DNA of 64,000 nucleotides from Candidatus Magasanikbacteria bacterium RIFCSPHIGHO2_01_FULL_41_23 (GTDB lineage Bacteria; Patescibacteriota; Patescibacteriia; Magasanikbacterales; UBA922): NCBI GenBank assembly GCA_001782805.1, contig MFPT01000019.1, positions 1,801 to 65,800 of the forward strand, read 5' to 3'. Shown piece by piece: positions 27,271 to 36,969 of this stretch (position 1 is its first letter; each line of letters starts with the position of its first letter). The notes under the pieces were generated by a model. It saw only the letters and a program-made list of their open reading frames with translations, ran no database searches and was not told where the DNA came from. The position numbers and the translations under genes were made by a program.

Positions 27271-28890
27271 ATGAAAATGTCTGCCCGTTCGTATATTTTT
27301 GGACTCTTTTTAATATTAGCGTCTCTTGTTCAACCAGTCTACGCGCAAGATCTACTTCCATCCTATCCGCAAATGAGTGCCTACGATCATTACGCGGCGT
27401 ACGATAAATCCGGCGATGTTTATCTTTTTGATGGTGATACCAATACTGAGAAAAAGATTAGTACGCATAATTCTTCCAGTGGCTACGCTGGCATTACGGT
27501 TTTATCAACGGGTGTATATTGGGGGGAATGGCAACTGGGCGCGGATGTTTATTTTTATGATTTTTCTACCGAGCAAACCAACAAATTAGTTTCACTGGCG
27601 TCCGTAGGCGACATGGAAAAAAATAATGGACTGGGACAATTTAGAATGTTGTCGCAAATTTTTTTTGAATATTCTCTTCTCAAGCCAGGTAAGGATTCAA
27701 TTTACAGCAACATGAAGTATTACAATATCAAATCCCAAAAGGTTTATGGACAAACGGGTTTTAACACCGCAACAGAAATTTATGGCGATAAGTATGAGGT
27801 ATTTCGCTTAAATTCAAATGAAAAATTTGGTGCCGGAAATATTTATAATTTTTCGGCTGTGAGTGTTGAAGCAAATGATCTTTTGATGTACGGTTATGGC
27901 AATGATAATTCTGGTACAAAAGCTGGAGAGTATGTCCAATACCGCAGCCATAATTTAAGCAATGGCATGACCCTTAAATTCAATGATGATAGCCAAAAAA
28001 ATATCGCTTATGCCGGTTTTATAAAACCGAACAATCAATTTTCATACACTAATTTTGTCCTTGGAAGCATTTCAACAGACTCAGGAGGATTGATACAATC
28101 CTACTATCGTCTGGATAAGAAATCCCCCTATACGTTTGAACTAATTAAAACAGTTTCGAATTCCCAATTGGTGGCCTATGGCGCGGATTCATTGGTGTGG
28201 GTGGAAAAAAATGGTGGTCAAACTTGGTACCGTACTGATGATAAAAAAATCTGCACTTTAAGCAAGCAAATTCCTACGGCGGTTGACCAGAGAGTCACGA
28301 CCCGTTCGTATTTTTTCTGGAAAGATTATGGAAATGGAATGGTTGTAAAAGGACAAAAATTTGTTTGCGCCGGCGATACCACTACTCAATCTGTGGTAAC
28401 TCCAATACAACCGACAGCCCCAGCTCCGGTGACAAAAACCGCACCAACCACGTCGAAGATTCTTATTAAATCTAAAACATCGCCATCTATTTATTACTTG
28501 GGCGCGGATGGTAAGCGATATATATTTTATAATGCCGATATTTATTCCACCTGGTATAAAAATTTTTCTTCCGTAAAAACTATTTTGCCGAAAGAATTGG
28601 GTGGCATCCCACTCGGCGGCAATGTAACCTATCGGCCAGGGACACTGGTTAAAATTCAAACTGACCCGTATGTATATGCGGTTGACAAGGGCGCTGTTTT
28701 GAGGTTGGTACTTAATGAAAAAACAGCCGCATCCATTTTTGGACAAAAATGGGCATCAAAAATTAAAGTAATACCAGAGTTCTTATTTACTAATTACCGT
28801 GTCGGTGATGACATTAGGTCTTCGGATGACTTTAACGAGGCCGAGGCACAGGCTAACGCCCCGGATATTAACGCTGATAAGGGATTTTAA
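27271..28890 (+). CDS. Hypothetical secreted protein (539 aa) embedded between atpA and atpG
   Basis: Signal peptide MKMSARSYIFGLFLILASLVQPVYAQ. Tyr/Gly/Asn-rich. A P/T-rich linker precedes a C-terminal ~130-aa domain. No recognised family. Confidence 0.6.
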   Translation: MKMSARSYIFGLFLILASLVQPVYAQDLLPSYPQMSAYDHYAAYDKSGDVYLFDGDTNTEKKISTHNSSSGYAGITVLSTGVYWGEWQLGADVYFYDFSTEQTNKLVSLASVGDMEKNNGLGQFRMLSQIFFEYSLLKPGKDSIYSNMKYYNIKSQKVYGQTGFNTATEIYGDKYEVFRLNSNEKFGAGNIYNFSAVSVEANDLLMYGYGNDNSGTKAGEYVQYRSHNLSNGMTLKFNDDSQKNIAYAGFIKPNNQFSYTNFVLGSISTDSGGLIQSYYRLDKKSPYTFELIKTVSNSQLVAYGADSLVWVEKNGGQTWYRTDDKKICTLSKQIPTAVDQRVTTRSYFFWKDYGNGMVVKGQKFVCAGDTTTQSVVTPIQPTAPAPVTKTAPTTSKILIKSKTSPSIYYLGADGKRYIFYNADIYSTWYKNFSSVKTILPKELGGIPLGGNVTYRPGTLVKIQTDPYVYAVDKGAVLRLVLNEKTAASIFGQKWASKIKVIPEFLFTNYRVGDDIRSSDDFNEAEAQANAPDINADKGF

Positions 28891-28927
28891 TCATAGCAGT
28901 AAGTAGCTCGCAGACATTATTGATTTT

Positions 28928-29872
28928 ATGGCCGTTAACACTAAAGAAATCAAACAACGCATCAAATCGGTCAAGAACACTAAAAAAATGACGAAAGCCA
29001 TGGAATTGGTGTCGGCCGCCAAGATGCGCAAGGCCGTGCAGGGCGCCCTCGCTACACGCATGTTTGCCACGCTCGCACGCGAGTTGCTGGAACAATTGGC
29101 GAGTGGGAACAAACCAACTTCGCCGCTTTTGGAAGAACGACCGGTCGCGCGTTTACTCGTGATTTTAATCACTTCCAATCGCGGTTTGTGCGGCAGTTTT
29201 AACGCCAATATTTTTAAACGTGCCTGGCAGATTTTGCAGGATAAAACTAACGTGGCCCGGCACCGCGGACTTGATGGCAAAGATATTATTCCCTTGAGTG
29301 ATGTCGCCGTTGATGTGATTGGTGTGGGTAAAAAAAGCGCCACGTTTGCCAAACGACATAATTATCCTTTGATCGCGGCGTTTGATCATTTAAGCGAACG
29401 GCCGGCATTTGAAGATATTTTGTCCATCAGTTCCATGGCGCGCAAAGCCTTTACCGAAAAAACGTATGATAAAGTAGTGGTGATGTACACACAATACAAT
29501 TCCAGTTTGTCGCAAACCGTCAAAGCCCGCCAATTGTTGCCCGTGTCGCCACATGATTTGGAAAAAATGTTGGTAGTTGGAGAGAAAGCCGAAGAAATTC
29601 CATCACTCAAACAAAACGGTTATTTATTTGAACCAAATCCCGAAACAATTATCGCCACAATTGTTCCGCGTTTAGTTGACATTCAATTATACCAAGCGAT
29701 TTTGGAATCGTCGGCCAGCGAGCACAGCACGCGCATGGTTGCCATGAAAAATGCCAGCAGTTCGGCCGGCGACATGATTAACGGATTAACTTTGGAATTT
29801 AACAAAGCCCGACAAGCCGCGATTACGCAAGAGATTGCCGAGATTGCCGGTGGAGCCGCGGCATTAGAATAA
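28928..29872 (+). CDS. atpG: F0F1 ATP synthase subunit gamma
   Basis: IKQRIKSVKNTKKMTKAMELVSAAKMRKA N-terminal signature. C-terminal helix. Confidence 0.9.
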   Translation: MAVNTKEIKQRIKSVKNTKKMTKAMELVSAAKMRKAVQGALATRMFATLARELLEQLASGNKPTSPLLEERPVARLLVILITSNRGLCGSFNANIFKRAWQILQDKTNVARHRGLDGKDIIPLSDVAVDVIGVGKKSATFAKRHNYPLIAAFDHLSERPAFEDILSISSMARKAFTEKTYDKVVVMYTQYNSSLSQTVKARQLLPVSPHDLEKMLVVGEKAEEIPSLKQNGYLFEPNPETIIATIVPRLVDIQLYQAILESSASEHSTRMVAMKNASSSAGDMINGLTLEFNKARQAAITQEIAEIAGGAAALE

Positions 29873-30020
29873 TTTTAGTATTATGTAATTTTGTTTACAG
29901 TAACTGTTTGAGGTCGCCTGTGCTCGGTCAATTTATAGATTCAGAATCGGTTCGGCATAGGCCACTAGAGCACAGGACGAGCGAGTTTTACTGAAAATAA
30001 AATTACATAATACTAAAATT
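29871..30020. repeat. ~150-bp palindromic element, copy 2 (arms AATTTTAGTATTATGTAATTTTGTTTACAGTAA / TTACTGAAAATAAAATTACATAATACTAAAATT), between atpG and atpD
   Basis: Same architecture as 4857-5010, and both share the TTTTACTGAAAA box. Arm differences between the two copies are compensatory. Confidence 0.85.
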
Positions 30021-30068
30021 ATTTAATACATTATGGAAATTGAAATAAAAATTCTTTAATACATCTAG

Positions 30069-31448
<1,380 letters not shown>

Positions 31449-31493
31449 AACAGCTTTGAAAATTTGCGGGAAGTTAAGTAATAAGATTAGTGT

Positions 31494-31913
31494 ATGAATT
31501 TTTCTCTAAAAATTGTCAGTCCTGATGGACCAACATTCAGTGGCGAAGTGGAGTCAGTTAGTTTGCCGACTGCAATGGGCGAAATTACGGTTTTGTCGCA
31601 TCATGTTCCCTTAATTGCGGTTCTCGCGTCCGGTGAAGCGCGCATCAAACAAGGGAATGAAACAATTTTTTTGTCAGTTTCAAGCGGTGTGATTGAAATT
31701 CGTCCCGACAATACCGTGTATGTTTTGGCTGAAACCGCGGAACGCGCTGAACAGATTGATTTAGCTCGTGCTGAAACAGCCAAACTCCGTGCCGAAGAAT
31801 TAATGAAACAACGCGATCGTATGGATGACGAACAATTCGCGCTCGTTATGGCCAAAATGGAAAAAGAATTGGCACGACTGAGAGTTGGGAAAAAATGGCG
31901 GAATGTAGGGTAA
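31494..31913 (+). CDS. atpC: F0F1 ATP synthase subunit epsilon
   Basis: Size, the beta-sandwich N-terminus (VSPDGPTFSGEVESVSLPT) and a helical C-terminus. Position in the operon. Confidence 0.8.
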   Translation: MNFSLKIVSPDGPTFSGEVESVSLPTAMGEITVLSHHVPLIAVLASGEARIKQGNETIFLSVSSGVIEIRPDNTVYVLAETAERAEQIDLARAETAKLRAEELMKQRDRMDDEQFALVMAKMEKELARLRVGKKWRNVG

Positions 31914-31921
31914 TAGACCAG

Positions 31922-31950
31922 TTGACATTTTTTAAAGTCACTGCTATAAT
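31922..31950 (+). promoter_or_regulatory. Perfect consensus sigma70 promoter (TTGACA-17-TATAAT)
   Basis: TTGACA at 31922-31927, exact 17-bp spacer, TATAAT at 31945-31950, about 25 nt upstream of the small Cys-rich ORF. Confidence 0.6.
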
Positions 31951-31975
31951 CGCGGTTCATTAAATATATTATTTT

Positions 31976-32095
31976 ATGCAATGTCAATCCTGCGCCAAAT
32001 CCACTACCGAAGACACAGTATGTCCGGACTGCGACACCTGTGAATCCTGCTGCGGCTGTCGTGGCGCCATGGATACGTCAAGTGACGATGAATAA
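31976..32095 (+). CDS. Small Cys-rich acidic peptide (39 aa, 9 Cys: MQCQSCAKSTTEDTVCPDCDTCESCCGCRGAMDTSSDDE)
   Basis: ORF not in the supplied track (under 60 aa). Perfect promoter upstream. An AT-rich hairpin (AAAATTCC-13 nt-GGAATTTT) lies between it and the downstream ABC exporter. Confidence 0.45.
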   Translation: MQCQSCAKSTTEDTVCPDCDTCESCCGCRGAMDTSSDDE

Positions 32096-32146
32096 TAATG
32101 ATTAAAAAATTCCGCAGTCAAACTGGGGAATTTTTTTACCAAAAAT

Positions 32147-33907
32147 ATGAACTCCCACATCAAATCTACCGGCAAAATTTATTGGCGTTTTATCCGCCAA
32201 AATCGTTGGAGCATGACGGTGGTCATGGTACTTTTGGTTATCGCCAACATCGTAAACCTGATGCCGCCGATTTATTTTAAGAAGTTGTTTGATGCGATTG
32301 CGAATGAATCTGAGCTGATAATCATGTTCCCCATTTTGTTGATGGTCGCGGTTTTTTATACGTTTGACTGGATACTCTGGCACACCGTTCGCTTTATCTT
32401 AAATGTGAAACAACCGAAAATGATGGCGGAAATTGAACAATATTGTTTTTCTTATTTGCATAATCATTCCATTGATTTTTTTCAAAATAATTTTGTGGGC
32501 TCTTTGGTTAAGCGCATCAATCGTTTTGTGCAAGCGTTTGAGCGCATTATGGATCGCTTCTTGTGGAATATTTTGCAGATTTTGGTGGGCACGATTGTCA
32601 TGATTGTAGTTTTGTGGTCGCGCAATCCATGGTTGTCATTGATCATGATAGTCTGGATTGTGCTCTACAGCCTCATGAATATTTGGCTGATTCGTAAAAA
32701 ATTGCCCTATGATATTAAACGCAGTGAATTGGAAAGCGTTACCACGGGTTTTTTGGCAGACACGATTTCCAATCAATCGGCCGTGAAATTTTACAATGGT
32801 TATGGACGAGAAGTAAACAGTTTCAAAAAATTATTGCATCAAGTGCGCGCGGCCAAAACAAAATCATATAATTTGGATACGTGGTTTGAGGGAGCGCAAA
32901 CATTTTTAATGTATGGTTTGGAAATTGTCATGTTATATGGCGCGCTTATTTTGTGGAAACGCGGGATTTTAACCATCGGCGATTTTGCTTTGATTCAATC
33001 ATATTTGTTGACTTTATTTTTGCGCATTTGGGATTTGGGAAAAATCATTCGTGGTATTTATGAAGATTTGGCCGATGCCAAAGAAATGACGGAAATTTTG
33101 GAAACACCAGTCGCGATTCATGATGCGCCAAACGCTAAACCATTGCTAGTTCCGAACGGCGAAGTATTATTTCAAAAGGTAAGTTTTGCGTATAACAGCA
33201 CGCGTACTGTGCTTAAACTTTTCTCTTGTGTGATTAAGCCTGGTGAACGCGTGGCTTTGGTTGGACCATCAGGCGCGGGCAAGTCAACTATTATTAAAAT
33301 TTTGTTGCGTTTGTACGAAGTTAGTGCGGGTAAAATTTTCATTGATGAAATAGACGCGAAAAAAGTAACTTTGGAAAGTTTGTGGGGCGCCATGAGTTAT
33401 GTGCCGCAAGAAGCATTACTGTTCCATCGTTCCATAAAAGAAAATATTCGCTATGGCAAACCGGACGCGACTGACGATGAAATAATTGACGCGGCCAAGC
33501 TCGCGCATTGTCATGAATTTATTTTGGAATTATCCGATGGATACGATACGTTGGTGGGCGAACGCGGCGTGAAATTATCCGGCGGTGAACGGCAACGCGT
33601 GGCCATTGCGCGGGCGATTTTACGTAACGCGCCTATTTTACTTTTGGATGAAGCCACGTCCAGTTTGGATTCTGAATCTGAACATTTGATTCAGTACGCG
33701 CTTGAGGCCGTGATGAAAGGCAAAACCGTGATCGCCATTGCGCATCGCTTGTCCACGATTATGCATATGGATCGCATCATTGTTTTAAAAGACGGAAAAA
33801 TCGCAGAAGAAGGGTCGCATAACGAATTATTGCAAAAAGAAAACGGTGTTTATCATGGACTCTGGAGTTTGCAAGTCGGCGGATTTTTGGGCGGGGATGA
33901 TGAATAA
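32147..33907 (+). CDS. ABC transporter, fused permease/ATP-binding (type I exporter, MsbA/bacteriocin-exporter-like without C39 peptidase domain)
   Basis: Six-TM N-terminal domain. Walker A GPSGAGKST, signature LSGGERQR, Walker B LLLDEATSSLD. Confidence 0.9.
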   Translation: MNSHIKSTGKIYWRFIRQNRWSMTVVMVLLVIANIVNLMPPIYFKKLFDAIANESELIIMFPILLMVAVFYTFDWILWHTVRFILNVKQPKMMAEIEQYCFSYLHNHSIDFFQNNFVGSLVKRINRFVQAFERIMDRFLWNILQILVGTIVMIVVLWSRNPWLSLIMIVWIVLYSLMNIWLIRKKLPYDIKRSELESVTTGFLADTISNQSAVKFYNGYGREVNSFKKLLHQVRAAKTKSYNLDTWFEGAQTFLMYGLEIVMLYGALILWKRGILTIGDFALIQSYLLTLFLRIWDLGKIIRGIYEDLADAKEMTEILETPVAIHDAPNAKPLLVPNGEVLFQKVSFAYNSTRTVLKLFSCVIKPGERVALVGPSGAGKSTIIKILLRLYEVSAGKIFIDEIDAKKVTLESLWGAMSYVPQEALLFHRSIKENIRYGKPDATDDEIIDAAKLAHCHEFILELSDGYDTLVGERGVKLSGGERQRVAIARAILRNAPILLLDEATSSLDSESEHLIQYALEAVMKGKTVIAIAHRLSTIMHMDRIIVLKDGKIAEEGSHNELLQKENGVYHGLWSLQVGGFLGGDDE

Positions 33908-33938
33908 TTTGTCCTCTTGATAAATAAGTACAATTCTC

Positions 33939-33967
33939 TTGACATTTTGTGATTCAGCCTATATAAT
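33939..33967 (+). promoter_or_regulatory. Perfect consensus sigma70 promoter (TTGACA-17-TATAAT) upstream of typA
   Basis: TTGACA at 33939-33944 and TATAAT at 33962-33967. A leader hairpin ACGACGGGCACGTCGT (34000-34015) plus a U-run lies just before the typA ATG. Confidence 0.55.
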
Positions 33968-34026
33968 CAGCGAGTTCTAACTCATCCTTTGTTTCAGGTA
34001 CGACGGGCACGTCGTTTATTATTTTT

Positions 34027-35874
34027 ATGGAAATTCGCAACATTGCCATTATCGCGCACGTTGATCACGGCAAAACCACTTTGACCGATGCTTTGATGCG
34101 CCAAACCGGTATGGTAACGGATGAAACAGTAACCATGGATTCCAACGCTCTGGAAAAAGAACGCGGCATTACGATTTACGCCAAAAATGGCAGTTTATTT
34201 TACCCCTCGACCCATTCGATTGGGGCTCAGGGCTCAGGGCGAGAACCTACAAAAATAAATATTGTTGACACACCTGGCCACGCGGATTTTGGTTCAGAAG
34301 TGGAACGCGTTTTGCGCTCCATTGATTCCGTGCTTTTGATTGTGGATGCGCAAGAAGGGCCTATGCCGCAAACAAAATTTGTGTTAAAAAAATCTTTGGA
34401 ATTGGGACTTAAACCGATTGTAGTTTTAAATAAAATTGATAAACCGGCCGCTGATGTCCAACGTTCGCACGATCAAGTGTTGGAATTGTTTATGGATTTG
34501 GGCGCGAATGATGAACAATTAAATTTTACGACCGTGTACGCGATTGGCCGTCAAGGAATTGCCAAATTAAAAATGGAAGATGAAGGAAAAGATTTAACGC
34601 CATTACTGGATACGATTTTACGTTTAGTTCCGCCTGCGCCACATAATGTGGACGCGCCATTCCGCATGCAGCCGTTTAATTTAGGTTATGATAATTACGT
34701 TGGTCGTTTGGCAGTCGGTCGCGTATATGAAGGAAAAATTAACGTGGGCGATAAAGTAATTGTGAAAAAACCGACCGGTGAAACGCGCACTGGAAATATT
34801 ACGAAAATTTTTACGTTTAAAGGAACGACGCGGATTGAAGATACACAAGCCTCGGCCGGAGACATTGCTATGATCGCGGGAATCGCGGACATTGATATTG
34901 GGGAAACGATTTGTGTGTCGGCGGATCAAGAACCATTGCCTGCGATTAAAGTTGACGAACCAACAATTTCCCTGAATTTTTTGGTGAATAATTCGCCGTT
35001 TGCCGGACGCGAAGGAAAATTTGTGACCAACAGTCAAATTCGCGAACGCTTGGAAAAAGAATTGGAAGTGAACGTGGGTTTGAAAATTGATTTTTCCGCG
35101 TCTGATCATTATAAAGTATTTGGTCGTGGCGAATTGCATGTGGCGATTTTGTTGGAAAATATGCGGCGCGAAGGTTTTGAAATTCAAGTTTCGCAACCAC
35201 AAGTTATTATTAAAGAAATACTTTCGACAAGCTCAGGACAAGTTATTAAAGTAGAACCATTTGAAGAAGTCACGGTTGATGTTCCCGATGAATTTGCCGG
35301 CACAGTGATTGAAAAATTGGGACGACGCAAAGCCCAGATGACTGATATGCGTCAAAAAGACGGCCAAACGCGCATTATTTTTGAAATGCCCACACGGGGA
35401 TTGTTAGGTTATCGCGGTCAATTTGTCATGGACACGCGTGGCGAAGGAATTTTATGCAGTCGCGTTTTGGAATTTCGTCCGTATGTCGGTGAAATTGCCA
35501 AACGTGATGTTGGTTCTATGGTTTCCATGGTGGATGGCAAAGCGCTTGGTTTTTCTTTATTTAATTTGCAGGATCGCGGTGTTTTGTATATTCCTCCCGC
35601 GACCGAAGTGTATGAAGGCATGGTCATTGGTAATGTCAGTAAAGGCCAGGACATGGCGGTGAATCCAATCAAAGGAAAACAACTCACGAATATGCGCGCT
35701 AGTGGAACAGACGAAGCATTGACTTTGGTTCCTCCTATGGAAATTACATTGGAACGCGGTTTGGAAGTGATGGCCGAAGATGAATATCTGGAAATTACGC
35801 CCAAAAGTATCCGTTTGCGCAAGCAGTATTTGAAAGAAAATGAGCGCGTGCGCGCCGGCCGAAGCAGTAAATAA
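34027..35874 (+). CDS. typA: Translational GTPase TypA/BipA carrying two short in-frame repeat-derived insertions
   Basis: AIIAHVDHGKTTL, DTPGHADF, NKIDK. Collinear with BipA throughout, except the inserts PSTHSIGAQGSGR (34203-34243) and LSTSSGQV (35222-35244). Confidence 0.9.
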   Translation: MEIRNIAIIAHVDHGKTTLTDALMRQTGMVTDETVTMDSNALEKERGITIYAKNGSLFYPSTHSIGAQGSGREPTKINIVDTPGHADFGSEVERVLRSIDSVLLIVDAQEGPMPQTKFVLKKSLELGLKPIVVLNKIDKPAADVQRSHDQVLELFMDLGANDEQLNFTTVYAIGRQGIAKLKMEDEGKDLTPLLDTILRLVPPAPHNVDAPFRMQPFNLGYDNYVGRLAVGRVYEGKINVGDKVIVKKPTGETRTGNITKIFTFKGTTRIEDTQASAGDIAMIAGIADIDIGETICVSADQEPLPAIKVDEPTISLNFLVNNSPFAGREGKFVTNSQIRERLEKELEVNVGLKIDFSASDHYKVFGRGELHVAILLENMRREGFEIQVSQPQVIIKEILSTSSGQVIKVEPFEEVTVDVPDEFAGTVIEKLGRRKAQMTDMRQKDGQTRIIFEMPTRGLLGYRGQFVMDTRGEGILCSRVLEFRPYVGEIAKRDVGSMVSMVDGKALGFSLFNLQDRGVLYIPPATEVYEGMVIGNVSKGQDMAVNPIKGKQLTNMRASGTDEALTLVPPMEITLERGLEVMAEDEYLEITPKSIRLRKQYLKENERVRAGRSSK

Positions 35875-35899
35875 TTTTTTTAATCATTGTAATTACTAT

Positions 35900-36433
35900 A
35901 TGGCTTTCTATAACAAGGAGAAGCGGTCAGAATACGGCGGTCCGAAAAAATTTGGTAATGGGGGAGGATTTGATCGCAACGACCGTGGGGATCGAGGTGG
36001 TCGAGGTGGTTTTGGCGGCCGAACAGAAATGTTTCAGGCCGTATGTAGTCAATGTCAAAAGGATTGTGAAGTTCCGTTTCGTCCGAATGGCCGCAAGCCG
36101 GTTTTCTGTAGTATTTGTTTTGGTAAACAAGGTGGTACGAGTCCTGACAAAGGCGGAGAACGTAGTTTTGGGCGACCAGAGAGAAGTTTTGATCGTCCTT
36201 CATTTGGCGGCCGCGGATCACGCGATTTTGCGCCCAGTCGTCCCGCCCCCCAAGAAAATCTTAAAGAACAATTTGACAAACTGAGTAACAAACTCGATCG
36301 CATTATAGATTTGTTAATGAAAACTGAAGCGCCGACTCCTTCAAAAATGGAAATGGAATTGGAAAATGAAGAAGATAAAATGCCTCCAATTGTGAAAAAA
36401 GTTAAAAAAGTGGCGAAGGCGAAAAGGAAATAA
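35900..36433 (+). CDS. Hypothetical Zn-ribbon protein with Arg/Gly-rich (RGG) low-complexity regions and Lys-rich tail
   Basis: CSQCQKDCEVPF...CSICF four-Cys motif flanked by GGFDRNDRGDRGGRGGFGGR repeats. The ORF-track start at 35840 overlaps typA; the ATG at 35900 is preferred. Confidence 0.5.
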   Translation: MAFYNKEKRSEYGGPKKFGNGGGFDRNDRGDRGGRGGFGGRTEMFQAVCSQCQKDCEVPFRPNGRKPVFCSICFGKQGGTSPDKGGERSFGRPERSFDRPSFGGRGSRDFAPSRPAPQENLKEQFDKLSNKLDRIIDLLMKTEAPTPSKMEMELENEEDKMPPIVKKVKKVAKAKRK

Positions 36434-36588
36434 AATAAATTATTAGTGGAGATTGTCTCCTAGTTAATCCCCATTTTATTTGACAAGCCAAATTGTTCTT
36501 GGTATATTTTTCCCAATCGTCCATTTAACGCGGACAACCGCGAAATTTTTAATAGGTCGGGGCGAGTTAAAAGTTTTAAGATACAGCT

Positions 36589-36870
36589 ATGAGTCAGACA
36601 TTATATGTCGGTAACGTCTCATACCAATCCACTGATGAAAGTTTAGCCACGGCTTTTGGCCAGGCCGGAACTGTCGTATCAGCCAAGATTGTTATGGACA
36701 AATTTACCGGACGATCTCGTGGTTTTGCTTTCGTCGACATGGATACAGCCGAAAGCGCCCAAAAAGCAATTGATTTGCTTAATGGCAAAGACCTCGATGG
36801 CCGCGAGCTTCGCGTAAGCTTGGCCCGTCCCAAAGAAGACCGACCACCTCGCCGCGATTTCCGCAACTAG
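36589..36870 (+). CDS. RRM-type RNA-binding protein
   Basis: RNP-2 LYVGNV and RNP-1 RGFAFVDM. 93 aa with a C-terminal RRD/R tail. Confidence 0.85.
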   Translation: MSQTLYVGNVSYQSTDESLATAFGQAGTVVSAKIVMDKFTGRSRGFAFVDMDTAESAQKAIDLLNGKDLDGRELRVSLARPKEDRPPRRDFRN

Positions 36871-36889
36871 TCTCTAGTTCGAAAAATCC

Positions 36890-36924
36890 AAAAGACCCTG
36901 CTGAAAAGCGTGGGTCTTTTATAT
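36890..36924 (+). terminator. Rho-independent terminator (AAAGACCC-loop-GGGTCTTTTAT)
   Basis: 8-bp GC-containing stem at 36891-36898 / 36912-36919, followed by a T-tract. Confidence 0.6.
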
Positions 36925-36969
36925 TGTTTAATTTTTTGTTATTCTTGTTTTAGCTTTTGTGAAATTTTT

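Noticed and set aside
28891-29352. 153-aa minus-strand ORF
   Set aside because: Antisense to atpG, which has unambiguous gamma-subunit similarity.
34681-35202. 173-aa minus-strand ORF
   Set aside because: Antisense to typA.
36910-36969. Cys-rich N-terminal extension of the helicase ORF (MGLLYCLIFCYSCFSFCEIF)
   Set aside because: It overlaps the rho-independent terminator of the upstream RRM gene, and the helicase similarity starts at the ATG at 36970.
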